DNA of 64,000 nt. It comes from Squalus acanthias (lineage: Eukaryota). A program made the translations under genes and the position numbers. The notes under the pieces were generated by a model, which saw only the letters and a list, made by a program, of their open reading frames with translations, ran no database searches and was not told the origin of the DNA. Every line of letters begins with the position of its first letter. Position 1 is the first letter of the stretch. Positions 12,991-25,930 of the stretch are shown in pieces. The stretch covers positions 186,001 through 250,000 of the forward strand of contig JASTWF010000338.1 in assembly GCA_030390025.1 (NCBI GenBank), read 5' to 3'.

Positions 12991-13057
12991 ATCTGCCTGG
13001 AGATCGGGGGTTCAGCAGATCACAAGGGGGTGGGCGGATCATAGGGGAAGAGGCCGA

Positions 13058-15827
13058 TACATACATAGATACATAGATAGAAGATAGGAGCAGGAGTAGG
13101 CCATCCGGCCCTTCGAGCCTGCTCCGCCATTTAATGAGATCATGGCTGATCCTCCAATTCAGTATCCCGTCCCCGCCTTCTCTCCGTAACCCTTAACCCC
13201 TTTTGCCTGTAGAAATATATCTAATTCCCTCTTAAATATATTTAATGAGCTGGCGTACACTGCCCTCTGTGGCAATGAGTTCCACAGGTTCACCACCCTC
13301 TGAGTGAAGAAATTCCTCCTCATTTCTGTCCTAAATGGTTTAGCCCTTATCCTTAAATTATGTCCTCTAGTTCTGTTCTCACCCGCCAAGGGAAACATTC
13401 CTTCTGCATCTAGTCTGTCTAGACCTGTCAGAATTTTATACACTTCTATGAGGTCCCCTCTCAATCTTCTAAACTCCAGTGTGTACATCCGTAAACTACA
13501 TAGTCTCTCCTCATAGGTCAATCCCGCCATTCCTGGTATCAGCCTGGTGAATCGCCGCTGCACCCCCTCCATGGCAAGAACATCTTTCCTCAGATGAGGC
13601 GACCAAAACTGTACACAGTACTCGAGGTGTGGTCTCACCAGTGCCCTGTACAGCTGCAGCAAGGTATCCCTGTTCCTGTATTCCAACCCTTTTGCTATGA
13701 AGGCCAGCATACCGTTTGCCTTCTTGACCGCCTGTTGCACCTGCATGCTCGCCTTCAGTGACTGGTGTACAAGAACACCCAGGTCTCTCTGTACTTCCCC
13801 CTCTCCCAATTTATTGCCATTTAAATAATAATTTGCCCTCCCGTTCCTGCCCCCAAGGTGGATAACTTCGCACTTGTCCACATTATAGTGCATCTGCCAT
13901 TTATCCGCCCAATCACCCAGTCTGTCCAAATCGCTCTGGAGCTTCCTGGTCTCCTCCTCTGAGCCCACCCCCCCTCCTAGTTTAGTGTCGTCTGCAAATT
14001 TGGAAATGCTGCATCCGACTCCCTGATCCAGGTCATTAATGTAAATTGTGAACAGCTGGGGACCCAGGACAGATCCCTGCGGTACCCCACTTGTTACTGC
14101 CTGCCATTCAGAAAATGAGCCGTTTATTCCAACTCTCTGTTTTCTATCTGACAGCCAGTTCTCTATCCACGTCAATACTTTCCCCTTTATCCCATGAGCT
14201 TCAATTTTCCCTGCTAATCTTTTATGTGGGACCTTATCGAAGGCCTTTTGGAAGTCCAGGTACACCACATCTACTGGCTCTCCCCCATCTATTTTACCAG
14301 TTACTCCCTCAAAAAATTCCAATAGATTAGTCAAGCACGATTTACCCTTTGTAAATCCATGTTAACTCTGTCCTATCCTGTCCCCATTTGCTAAGTGCTC
14401 CGCTATTTCATCCTTAATGATGGACTCCAGCATTTTGCACACAACTGATGTAAGGCTTACAGGTCTGTAATTACCTGCTTTTTCCCTACCCCCCTTTTTG
14501 AATAGTGGGGTAACGTTAGCTACCCTCCAATCCATGGGCACTGTTCCCGAGTCTAATGAATTCTGAAAAATCATACTTAGTGCATCCGCTATCTCTCGGG
14601 CCACCTCCTTCAGCACCCTAGGATGCATGTTATCAGGCCCTGGGGATTTGTCCGCCTTCAATCCCTTTAGCTTCCTTAACACCATATCCTTAGAGATATT
14701 GATTTGCGTCATTTCCTCCTTTGCAAATGTCCCTATTTTTCCCGATATCCCAGGGAGGTTTTTTGTGTCTTCCTTCGTAAAGACTGACCCAAAGTATGCA
14801 TTTAGTTGGTCTGCCATTTCCTTATTTCCCGTTATATATTCCCCCGTATCTGACTGCAATGGGCCAACTTTGGTTTTCACCAGTCTTTTCCTCTTGATAT
14901 ACTTATAAAAGCTTTTGGAGTTAGTTTTTATATTTTCCGCCAGCTTGCTTTCGTAAGCTATTTTGCCCCTCTTGATTAAGCCCTTTGTCCTCCTTTGCTC
15001 TATCTTAAACTGTTCCCAATCTTCCGCTCTGGCGCTTTTTTTGGCTATTTTATACGCCCTATCTTTGGATTTTATGCTGTCTCTAATTTCCCCTGTTATC
15101 CACGGTTGAGTCACCTTTTTAGATTTCCTTTTATGCCAGATTGGTATAAACAATTTTTGCAATGTTGTCATTCTATCTTTAAATGCTTGCCATTGTTTAT
15201 CTACCTCCAGTCCTCCCAGGAACGTTGTCCAATCAGACCTACTCAGTTCCCGTCTAATGGCATCATAATTCCCCTTGTTTAAATTCAGGACCTTAGTATC
15301 TGAGTCAATTTCTTCGCTCTCCATTTCGAGTGAGAAATCGATCATGTTATGATCGCTCTGACCCAAGGGTCCCCGTACAACAAGATTACTAATTAGTCCC
15401 TTCTCATTGCACAGTACCCAGTCCAATATAGCCTGTTCCCGAGTTGGTTCCTCGACATATTGATCCAGATAACCATCCCTTAAACACTCAAGGAATTCCT
15501 CCTCCTCATTATTTTTACTGATTAGGCTATTCCAATCTATATGTAAGTTAAAGTCACCTATGATGACAGCTGTGCTCTTATTGCACGCTTCTCTAATTTC
15601 CCTCGTGATGCCCTCCCCAACCTCTATTTTACTATTTGGAGGCCTATATACCACTCCTATTAATGTTTTTCGCCCCTCGCTATTTCTTAGCTCCACCCAT
15701 ATAGATTCTGTATTAACTGAGTTAATATCCTTCCTTTCAATTGCATTTATCCCTTCTTTTACCAGCAATGCTACCCCTCCTCCCTTTCTTTTTTGTCGAT
15801 CCTTCCTAAATACTGAATACCCCTGTA
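13058..15827 (-). mobile_element. CR1 LINE ORF2, nearly intact (one in-frame TAA at 14362-14364), 5'-truncated inside the APE domain
   Basis: ORFs 15768-14362 and 14334-13159 are in the same frame (IGQS*HGFTKGKSCLTN). APE and RT motifs present; ATACATAG tail at 13058-13087. Confidence 0.93.
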
Positions 15828-16190
15828 GGTAGATGGCAGCAGGTTATCTTGGGCGGCCAGGGCGAAGCACTCCTGCTCCTCCGGGCCCACAAGCAGTGCT
15901 ATAAAAAGCACCAAGTGCTGGATCCGGCTGTTCTCGCCTCCCTTTAGCTGCCGGGTTTCCCGAGCCCTGGGAAACCCGGCCCACAGCCGTTAAATCTAAA
16001 AGGAGGCTAAAATCTGAGGCCCTCAGCCTCATTAACATATTGAAATTACTGAGCTGCCTCTCGAGAGCAGCTACTCGCCCGACCCCAAACCTGCCCCCGT
16101 TAAACCGGAAGTAGACGCGGTCGCGGCGGGTTGGGGTCGGGTTTTAGGTTTTTAACAAGTTAACCTCCCACCCTCTTCCCCGCCTCAGTG

Positions 16191-16420
16191 TCCCATGTTG
16201 AATGTCAGAAAGATACAACAGCTCCAAGAACAGTTGAGAGTTAAGAGAGATATAATTTGTACAATGACTCAAGCGGGTGGCAGTGCAGATGAGGCAGACT
16301 GGGAAGGGTTGGCAGAGGAGGCTATGAACTATCGCTCCCCAGACAACACAGTGACACAAGGAGCTGATAATGAGAATAAAGTACATTGCGAAGGCTTGAA
16401 TGAGGAATGCAAATGGAAGT
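16191..16420 (+). pseudogene. Possible decayed gag fragment of the lokiretrovirus-like group
   Basis: With one frameshift it reads SHVECQK/IQQLQEQLRVKRDIIC, versus DHSACQKEIESLKKAVNNANGMVC in the intact Gag. Confidence 0.45.
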
Positions 16421-16469
16421 CGCAGAGGTCAAAGACGCATTTATGCAAACACAAAGCTTGTTACAACAT

Positions 16470-16694
16470 TAACAACAACAACTTCCATTGATATCGTGTC
16501 TTTAACGTAGTAAAACGTCCCAAGGCGCTTCACAAACAAAATTTGACACCGAGCCACATAAGGAGATATTAGGACAGATGACCAAAGACTTGGTTAAAGA
16601 ACGTTTTAAGGAGCGTGTTAAAGGAGGAGAGCGAGGTAGAGGCGGAGAGGATTAGGGAGGGATTTCCAGAGCTTAGGGCCTAGGCAGCTGAAGG
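16470..16694 (-). mobile_element. L2-like LINE 3' tail fragment
   Basis: CAACAACAAC tail and TTTAACGTAGTAAAACGTCCCAAGG are shared with the 3' end of the L2 element at 23516. Confidence 0.7.
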
Positions 16695-18965
16695 CTCTAA
16701 TGAAAACAAATCCAGCTTCTCCAACCTGTCCTTGTAGCTAAGATCCCCCATCCCCAGAACCATTCTGGTAAATCTCCTCTGCACCCTCTCAAGGGCCTTC
16801 ACATCCTTCCGAAAGTGTGGTGACCAGAACTGGATGCAATACTCCAGTTGTGGCCTAACCAGCGCTTTATAAATGTTCAGCATGACTTCTTTACTTTTGT
16901 AATCAATACCTCTATTTGTGAAGCCCAAGATCCATTATGCTTTGCTTACCACTCTCTCAATATGTCCCGCCACCTATGCACATTAACTCCCAGTCCCTCT
17001 GTCCCTGCACACTCTTTAAAACTGTGCCATTAAGTGTATATTGCCTCTGCTGTTCCTTCTGCCAAAATACATCACCTCACACTTCTCTGTATTAAATTCC
17101 ATCTGCCACATGTCTGCCCATTCTGCTAGCCTTTCTATGTCCTGTTGCAGTCGATTGGTATCATCCTCACTGTTTGCCACACCTCCAAGTGTGGTGTCAT
17201 CGGCAAATTTAGAAATTTTACTCTGTATTCCAATATCCAGGTCATTTATATATATCAGAAAAAGCAGTGGCCCCAGCACTGACCCTTGGGGAACACCACT
17301 GTCTACCATCCTCCAGTCTGAAAAACAGCCATTTACCACAACTCGCTGTTTTCTGTCCTTAAGCCAATTCCTTATCCAAGCTGCCACTGACCCACCTATT
17401 CCATGAGCCTCAATTTTGTTAAACTGCCTTCTATGTGGTACTTTGTCAAACGCCTTCCTAAAATCCATGTAGACAACATCCACTGCATTCCCTTCATCAA
17501 TCCTCCCTGTTACTTCGTCAAAATATTCAATTAGATTAGTCAAACACGATCTGCCTTTTACAAATCCGTGTTGGCTCTCCTTAATTAGCTTAAATCTCTC
17601 CAAGTGCTCGTTAATTTTTTCCTTGATTGTTGTTTCTAAACCTTTAGCCACCACTGATGTTAAACTGACCGGCCTGTACTTACTAGGATTGTTCTTACAC
17701 CCTGTCTTGAACAATGGTGTCACATTTGCCACTTTCCAATCCTCAGGCACCTCCACTGCATCTAGGGAAGATTGGAAAATTATGGCAAGCCCTTCTGCTA
17801 TCTTCTCCCCCAATTCCCTTAGCAACCTGGGATGCAAGCCATCTGGACAAGGTGACTTATCCACTCTAAGTATACCCAGCCTATCTGGTACATCCTGTCT
17901 ATCAATTTTCACGCCTTCCACCTTTTACCTTCTCCACTTCTACCGATATTTTGTCAGCATCCACCTCGTTAGTAAACACCGATACAAAGTACTCATTGAG
18001 TATTCTAGCCTTGCCCTGTGCCTCTAAGCATATATCACCTTCCTTGTCCCTAATAGGCCCCACCCCGCCTATTACTACCCGCTTACTGTTTACATGCCGG
18101 GAGAAGATTTTTGGGTTCGCTTTCATGTTAACCGCCATTCTACTCTCATATTCTCTCTTTGCCAATCTTATTTTCATCTTCATTTCCCCTCTCAACTTAT
18201 GTATTTGGTCTGGTTCTCCCTTGAAGAATTCACCTGACATTCATCATACACCCTCTTTTTTTGTTTCATCATCTTCTCAATCTCCCTCGTCATCCAAGGA
18301 GCCCTTGCTTTGGCTCCCTTACCCTTCCCTCTTGTTGGAATGTACCTAGCCTGTACTTGGAACATCTCCTCCTTAAAGATCTCCCATTGTTCCGTTACAG
18401 ATTTTCCTGTCAGTCTTTGGTTCCATTTTACTCTGGCTAGATCCTTTCACATCCCATTGAAGTTAGCCCGATTCCAGTTTAGAAGTTCCACTCTAGATTG
18501 TTCCTTGCTCCTCTCCATTGCTAATCTAAATCTTATGATACGATGATCACTCGTACCCAAGTGTTCTCCCACAGACACTTGGTTGGCCTGGCCCACCTCA
18601 TTCCCCAGCACCAGATCCAGCAATGCCTCCTTCCTAGTTGGGCCAAGACAATACTGGTCAAGGAAATTCTCCTGAACACATTTCAGAAATTCCTGCCCCT
18701 CCTTTCCCTTTACCCTAGAATTATCCCAATCGATATTTGGGTAATTAAAGTCCCCCAATATCACCACTCTATAGCTCTTGCATATCTCTGCGATTTCCAT
18801 GCAGATTTGCTCCTCTACCTCCCTCTCACTATTTGGAGGCCTGTAGAATACCGCCAATAGCGTGATCATACCCTTTTTGCTCCTCAACTCTAACCAAATG
18901 GATTCTGTCCTTGTCCCCTCAAGAACATCCTCCCTTTCCAACACTACAATGTCTTCCTTAATCAG

Positions 18966-19889
18966 GCCATCCCCACGCCTCCACTACTCGCCTTCAAACA
19001 TCCGCCTAACCTCAAAAGTACCATCGTTCACAGCAAATTACCCAGCTGTCAGGAGAACAGCGACCACGACACCACACAACCCTGCCACGGCAACCTCTGC
19101 AAGACATGCCAGATCATCAACACAGATACCATCATCACACGTGAGGACACTACCCACCAGGTACATGGTACATACTCATGTGACTCGGCCAACGTTGTCT
19201 ACCTCATACGTTGCAGGAAAGGATGCCCCGGAGCATGGTACATCAGCGAGACCATGCAGACACTGAGACAACGTATGAACGGACACCATGCAACAATCGC
19301 CAGGCAGGATTGTTACCTCCCAGTCGGGGAACACTTCAGCAGTCAAGGACATTCAGCCTCGGATCTGCGGGTTAGCGTTCTCCAAGGCGGCCTTCGAGAC
19401 ACACGACAACGCAAAATCATCGAGCAGAAACTGATAGCCAAGTTCCGCACTCATGAGGACGGCCTCAATAGGGATCTCGGGTTCATGTCACGCTACAGAA
19501 CGTGACTCGACATCGAAGTCTGTCTTTCCAGCTTTTAAAAAAAAACACAAAAAAATACCAACCAAAAAAAAACAAAAGAAAAAAGTTAAAAGCTCAACTG
19601 CAGACGGCAGGATTTGACACATTGGACCCCCTGTGACCCACCTCATTGTCTTAGCTGTACTCTGATGTGTCTTTGATGTAATGCCTCCCTAACAGATTGT
19701 ATCTCTGCAGACAAATTGCTCTCTGTGTATATATACTGTGTAATAGATTCCCTCATTGTACCTTTACCTGAAGAAGGAGCAGCAGCTCCGAAAGCTCGTA
19801 ATTTTAAATAAAACTGTTGGACTATAACCTGGTGTTGTGCGACTTCTCATTTTTGTCCACCCCAGTCCAACACCGGCATCTCCGCATCA
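18966..19889 (+). mobile_element. Penelope-like 3' fragment (GIY-YIG endonuclease + 3' UTR) with 12-bp TSD
   Basis: Encodes NVVYLIRC...WYISETMQTLRQRMNGH...EQKLIAKFRTHEDGLNRD. TTCCTTAATCAG is duplicated at 18954-18965 and 19890-19901. Confidence 0.9.
19760..19805 (+). ncRNA. Minimal hammerhead ribozyme core (Penelope-associated)
   Basis: CTGAAGA (19768-19774), stem GGAGC-agca-GCTCC, GAAA (19790-19793). Confidence 0.72.
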
Positions 19890-20090
19890 TTCCTTAATCA
19901 GCACTGCCACCCCACCTCCCTTTTTTCCTTCTCTATCTTTTCTGAACACCTTGTACCCTTGAATATTAAGTGCCCAGTCCCCACCGTTTTTAAGCCATGT
20001 TTCCGTTATTGCCACAACATCATATTGCCACACGGCTAATTGTGCTTGTAGCTCACCAACCTTATTCACCACACTTTGTGCGTTTACGTA

Positions 20091-20496
20091 CAGCAAACTC
20101 TTTATTAACCGGCACCGACGGGACCGGCGTGGTGCCGGTTTATCGAAAGTACCGGATAACGGAGAGTTATATCTACCGAGGCTATTTTTAACAAAGAAAA
20201 ATAAATAAATCAAGAAATGTGCAGTATACTTTTGACAGCGCCAGGAGGCCGTATAGTGGCACTTTTGAAAACTACCCCTACTGACTAAATCGGCGTTCGC
20301 GGACTCGGACTCGGACTCGGGATCGGCAGCATTGCTGGTTATTTGAGAGGAGTTTTCGGAGTTCTCGGCGTTCGCGGAGACTCGACTGCGACTCGGCAAC
20401 ATTGCCGGTTATTTGAGAGGAGTTTTCGGAGGATGATTTTTGCCGGTTAAGCGAGAATTCCGGATATTTGGGTGCCGGATAAACAAAAGTTTCCTG
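20091..20496. mobile_element. Non-autonomous Tc1/mariner (pogo/Tigger-like) MITE
   Basis: Imperfect ~26-bp TIRs (CAGCAAACTCTTTATTAACCGGCACC / GGTGCCGGATAAACAAAAGTTTCCTG) flanked by TA on both sides. The CR1 sequence rejoins across it. Confidence 0.8.
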
Positions 20497-20814
20497 TACA
20501 TGCATTCTAAACCCATTTTTGAATTTTTTGTAGTCTTTCTTAGTCTGCTCCTATCTAATATGGTACTACTTCTGCCTCCAGTACTACTTTCTTCTCTAGT
20601 ACTATCCAACACACTCACTCTTTTATGCACCTTATTCCTCTTTTCTACTCCTATATGCTGGTGCCCATCCCCCGCCAAGCTAGTTTAATCCCTCCCCAAC
20701 AGCACTAGCAAACCTCCCCGCGAGAATATTGGTCCCGGCTCTGTTGAGGTGTAACCCGTCCGGCTTGTACAGGTCCCACCTTCCACAGAAATGATCCCAA
20801 TGCCTCAGGGCATT

Positions 20815-23515
20815 TAAGACAGAAAGGGGGGAGATAAACTAATGAAACTTAGAGAGGATAAATCCCTTAGATTGCAAACACACCTCCAAAAAAAATCAAG
20901 ACAACAGACAGCAGAGGCACTATTATATATTGATAAAAATTCATTAGAAAAGGGAATAGTGCCAGAGGACTGGTGGACAGCTAATGTGATTCCTATATTT
21001 ACAAAGGGCGATAGAACAAGTCCAGGAAACTGTAGACCAGTTAGCTTAACGTCAGTGGTAGGAAAGTTAACGGAAACTTGACTCAAAGATGTAATACAAA
21101 CACATCTAGAAACTGAAAATATAATGAAGAATAATCAGCATGGATTTCAAAAGGGAAGGTCTTGCTTGAAAAGCCTTATTGAAATAATTAAGAAGTAACA
21201 GAAAGTGTAAACAATGATAATGTAGTAGATGTAATATATATGGACTTTCAAAAGGCCTTCGATAAGATTTTGTATAGTCGACTCATTACTAATGTCAGAG
21301 CATGTGGAGTCAGGGGCAAGATTGGATTCCTAGGATGGTAAAATTGTGCATGTCACTCCGCTATTTAAGAATGGTGAGAGAGGGAAACCAGGCAATTATT
21401 GACCAGTTAGTCTAACATTTGTTGTCGGGAAATTACTAGAGTCTATAATTAAGGATAGGGTGACTGAACACCATGAGGATTTTCCGCTGATCAGAGACAG
21501 TGAGCATGGATTTGTAAAGGGCAGGTCATGCTTGACAAACCTGATTGAATTTTTTGAAGAAGTGACTAAAGTAGTTGACAAGGAAATGTCTACGGATGTT
21601 ATTTATATGGACTTACAGAAGGAATTTGATAAAGTCCCTCATAAGAGACTGTTAACTAAAGTTGAAGCCCATGGAACTGAACCAAATTATTGAGCTGGTT
21701 AGGAAATTGGCTGAGTGGCAGGAGACAGAGAGTAGGGATAATGGGCAGGAACACTAATTGGCAGGATGTGACTAGTGGTGTCCCGCAAGGATCTGTGTTG
21801 GGGTCTCAAATATTCACCGTATTTATTAACGACTTAGATGATGGGATAGAAAGCCACCTATCCAAATTTGCCTGTGACACAAAAATAGGCAGCATTGCAA
21901 GCAGTGCAGGTGAAAGCCTAACATTACAAAGAGGTGTTGATAGATTAAGCGAATGGGCAAAAGTGTGGCAAAAGGATTTCAACTTAGGCAAATGTGAGGT
22001 CATCCACTTTGGATCAAAAAAGGATGGAACAGGATACTTTCTAAATGGTGAACAGGAAAAAATGGTGGAGGTCCAAAGAGGCTTGTGGGTCCAAGTACAT
22101 CGATCATTAAAATGTCATCGACAGGTACAGAAAATAATCAAAAAGGCTAATAGAATGCTGGCCTTTATATCTAAAGGACTACAATACAAGGGGGTAGAAG
22201 TCATGCTGCAGCTACACAAAGCTCTGGTTAGACCACACCTGGAGCACTGTGAGCTGTTCTGGGCACCACACCTTAGGAAGGATATATTGGCCTTGGCGGG
22301 AGAGCAGCGTAGGTTTACCAGAATGATACCTGGGCTCCAAGTGTTAAATTACGAGGAGAGATTACACAAACTAGGGTTCCCTGGAATTTAGAAGGTTAAG
22401 GGGTGATTTGATTGAAATTTTCAGGATATTAAGGGGAACCGATAGGGTAAATAGAAACTATTTCCGCTGGTTGATGAATCTAGGACTAGGGGGCATTAGA
22501 GCCAGACCTTTCAGGAGTGAAATTAGAAAACACTTCTCCACACAAAGGTTGGTAGAAGTTTGGAACTCTCTTCCGCAAATGGCAATTGATGCTGGATCAA
22601 TTGTTAATTTTAAATCTGAGATTGATAGATTTTTGTTAACCAAAGGGATTAGGGAAATGGGGCAAAGGCGGGTATGTGGAGTGAGGTCGCAAATCAGCCA
22701 TGATCTCATTGAATGGCGGAACAGGCTGGAGGGGCTAAATGGCCTAATCCTGTTTTTATGTTCCTATGTTCCTAAGTAGCAGATTGGATAACAAGCTGGC
22801 TACAATACAGAAAACAGAAAGTATGGGTTAAGTTAATAACTCAGACTGGCAAATGGTGGGAAGTGGTGTTCCACAAGGATCGGTGCAGGGACCACTGTTA
22901 TTTATCATTTATATAAACAATTTGGACTTGGGAATTGGAAGTACAATTTCAATATTTGCGGGCGACACCAAATTGGGAGATATTGTTAATACTGAGGGGC
23001 CCGTGACAAAATACAAGAAGACATTTAGAAACTTCCAGAATGGGCATGTAATTGGCAAATCAATTTCAATGTAGATAAATGTGAGGTGGTGCATTTTGGT
23101 AAGAAGAATAAGGAGGCCGCATATTCCTTGGAAAATAAGAGTCCAAATGGGGTAAAGGAGCAAAGGGATCTCGGGGCACGGATACACAAATCACTAAAAG
23201 TAGCGACGCAGATTAATAAGGCCATATAGAGAGCAAGCAAAGCACTGGGGTTCATTTTTAGAGGGATAGAATTGAAAAGCAGAGAAGTTATGTTAAACTT
23301 GAAGAGAACCCTGTTTAGACCACTCTTGGAGCACTGATCACAGTCCTGGTATCCACATTATAAAAAGGATATCGAGGCACTGGAGGAGTCATAAAAAAAG
23401 ATTTACAAGGATGATACCAGAACTGAGAGGTTATACCTATCAAGAAAGATTGAACAGGCTGGGGCGCTTTTCTCCAGAAAAGAGAAGGCTAAGGGGTGAC
23501 CTGATAGAGGACTTT
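20815..23515 (+). mobile_element. Cluster of nested, degraded CR1 RT fragments (younger copy about 21325-22775)
   Basis: Repeated RT motifs (RPVSLTS, HGFVKGRSCLTN, GVPQGSV) and a CR1 3' tail near 22760. Confidence 0.85.
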
Positions 23516-25805
23516 ACAACAACAACTTCTATTTATATTTATATAGCATCTTTAACGTAGTAAAACGTCCCAAGGCACTTCACAGGAGCGTTACAAAACA
23601 AAATTTAACACCGAGCCACATAAGGAGATATTAGAGCAGATGACCAAATCCTTGGTCAGAGGTAGGTTATAAGGAGGTCTTAAAGAAGGAAAGAGAGGTT
23701 AGAGAGGCGGAGAGGTTTAGGGAGGGAATTCCAGAACTTAGGGCCTTGGCAGCTGAAGGCACAGACAGGAATGGTGCAGCGATTAAAATCAGGGAGGCTT
23801 AAGATGCCAGAATTAGAGGAGTGCAGATAACCCGGGGTGTTGTGGGGCTGGAGGAGATTACAGAGAGAGGGAGGGGCGAGGCCATGAAGGGATTTGAAAA
23901 CAAGGAACAGAACTTTAAAATTGAGGCATTGCTTAACCGGGAGCCAATGTAGGTCAGCGTGCACAGGGGTGCTGGGTGAACGGGACTTGGTGCAAGTTAG
24001 GACACGGGCAGCAGAGTTTTGGATGACCTCAAGTTTACGGAGGGTAGAACCTGGGAGGCCGGCCAGGAGTGCATTGGAATAGTCAAATCTAGAGGTAGCA
24101 AAGGCATGGATGAGGGTTTCAGCAGCAGATGAGCTGAGGTAAGGGTGGAGTCGGGTGATGTTCCGGAGGTGGAAATAGGCGGTCTTAGTGAAGGCGGGGA
24201 TATGTGGTCAGATGGTCATTTCGGGTCAAATGTGACACCTAGGTTGCGAACAGTCTGGTTCAGCCTCAGACAGTTGCCAGGGAGAGGGATGGAGTCGGTG
24301 ACTATGGAATAGGGTTTGTCGCGGGGACCGAAGACAATGGCTTCGGTCTTCCCAATATTTAGTTGGAGGAAATTTCTTCTCATCCAGTAGTGGATGTCGG
24401 ATAAGCAGCCTGAAAACTTGGCGACATGGAAGGGTCAAGAGAGGTGGTGGTGAGGTAGAGCTGGGTGTCGTTAGCGTATATGTGGAAACTGACATTGTGT
24501 TTTTGGATGATGTCACCGAGGGACAGCATGTAGATGGGAAATAGGAGGAAGCCAAGGATAGATCCTTGGGAGACACCAGAGGTAACGGTGTGGGAGCCGG
24601 AAGAGAAGCCATTGGAGGTGATTCACTGGCTACGATCATGTAGATAAGAATGGAACCAGGCGAGTGCAGTCCCACCAAGCTGGACGCCGGTGGAGGCTTT
24701 GGAGGAGGATGGTGTGGTTAACCGTGTCAAATGCTGCAGACAGGTCGAGAAGGGCGAGGAGGAATCATTTACCTTTGTCACAGTCACATATGATGTCATT
24801 TGTGACTTTGATAAGAGCCGTTTTGGTACTGTGGCAGGGGGGGAAATCTGATTGGAGGGATTCAAACATGGAGTTCCGGGAAAGATGGGTACGGATTTGT
24901 GAGGTGACGATACGTTCAAGGACTTTGGAGAGGAAAGGGAGGTTGGAGATGGGCCGTAGTTTGCAAGGGCAGAGGGGTCAAGGGTTGGTTTTTTGAGGAG
25001 TGGGTAATGAAGGCTGATTTGAAGGAGAGGGGGACAGTACTGAGGAGAGAGAACTGTTTCCCATATCCGTTAACATTGGAGCCAGGAAGGGAAATTGGGT
25101 GGTCAGCAGTTTAGTGGGAATAGGGTTGAGGGAGCAGGAAGTGGGTCTCAGGATGAGCTCAGAGAGGGCGTGAGGAGAGGTCGGAGAGAAACTGAGGTGA
25201 ATTCAGGGCTAGGGCAGAGGGGAACCTTAGAGGAAGTTTGCCACGGTGGGCTAGGGGAAGAGAGGGAAGTGGCAGAGGCAGCTGATTGGATGGTCTCAAT
25301 CTTAATGACAAAGAAGCCAATGAGCTCCTCGCACTTGTTGTTAGAGGTGAGGGTGGAAGAGATAGGGGACAGGGGTTTAGGAAGATGGTTTGCAGTAGAG
25401 AAAAGAAGCCAGGGGTTATCTTTACATTCCAGAATGATCCTGGAATAGTGAGCAATTTTGGCAGACGAGAGCAGGACCTGATAGTACTTTATGTGATCCA
25501 GCCAGATCTGGCGGTGAATGGCTAAACCAGTTGTCTGCCATATCCATTCAAGTCTGCATCCCTTGGACTTAAGGGAGTGGAGATGAGGGCATACCAGGGG
25601 GAATGGCCAGGGTGAGAGAGAGTAATGGTTTTAATGGGGACGAGGGCATGAAAGCTGGAGGTGGGGGTGTGGTTGAGCAGATCAGTAGCTGCAGAAATGC
25701 TGTGGTGAGTGGAGGACTAAAGGCTCGACAGTTGGGAGTTTGAAAGTGCAGTTGTAAGTGAATTGGGAGAGAGTTTTTTCCAGTGGCGGATTCAGAAGGA
25801 AGTAG
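23516..25805 (-). mobile_element. L2-like LINE ORF2 remnant
   Basis: Minus strand gives DLSAAFDTV, QGSILG, YANDTQLY and ADLHWLPV, with a CAA-repeat tail. Confidence 0.85.
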
Positions 25806-25930
25806 GGTTGCAATAAAGGCCAACATTCCATTTGCCTTCCTAATTACTTGTTGTACCTGCATGATAACTTTTTGTGTTTCATGTACGAGGACCCGCAGAT
25901 CCCTCTGTACCTCAGCATTTTGAAGTCTCT
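25806..25930 (-). mobile_element. CR1 fragment, left part of the LINE split by the provirus
   Basis: MQVQQVIRKANGMLAFIA. Removing the provirus and one CTCT restores colinearity with the CR1 copy near 9380. Confidence 0.85.

Larger units (their letters stand above)
16695..20750 (-). mobile_element. CR1 LINE ORF2, interrupted by a Penelope fragment and a TA-target MITE
   Basis: APE motifs (YVNAQSV, VAITETWL, FYRPP, GDFN, SDH) and RT motifs (FADD) in ORFs 20402-19887, 18944-18447 and 17921-17016. Confidence 0.9.

Noticed and set aside
12641..13087. Gly-rich 148-aa ORF
   Set aside because: Translation of the G-rich minisatellite.
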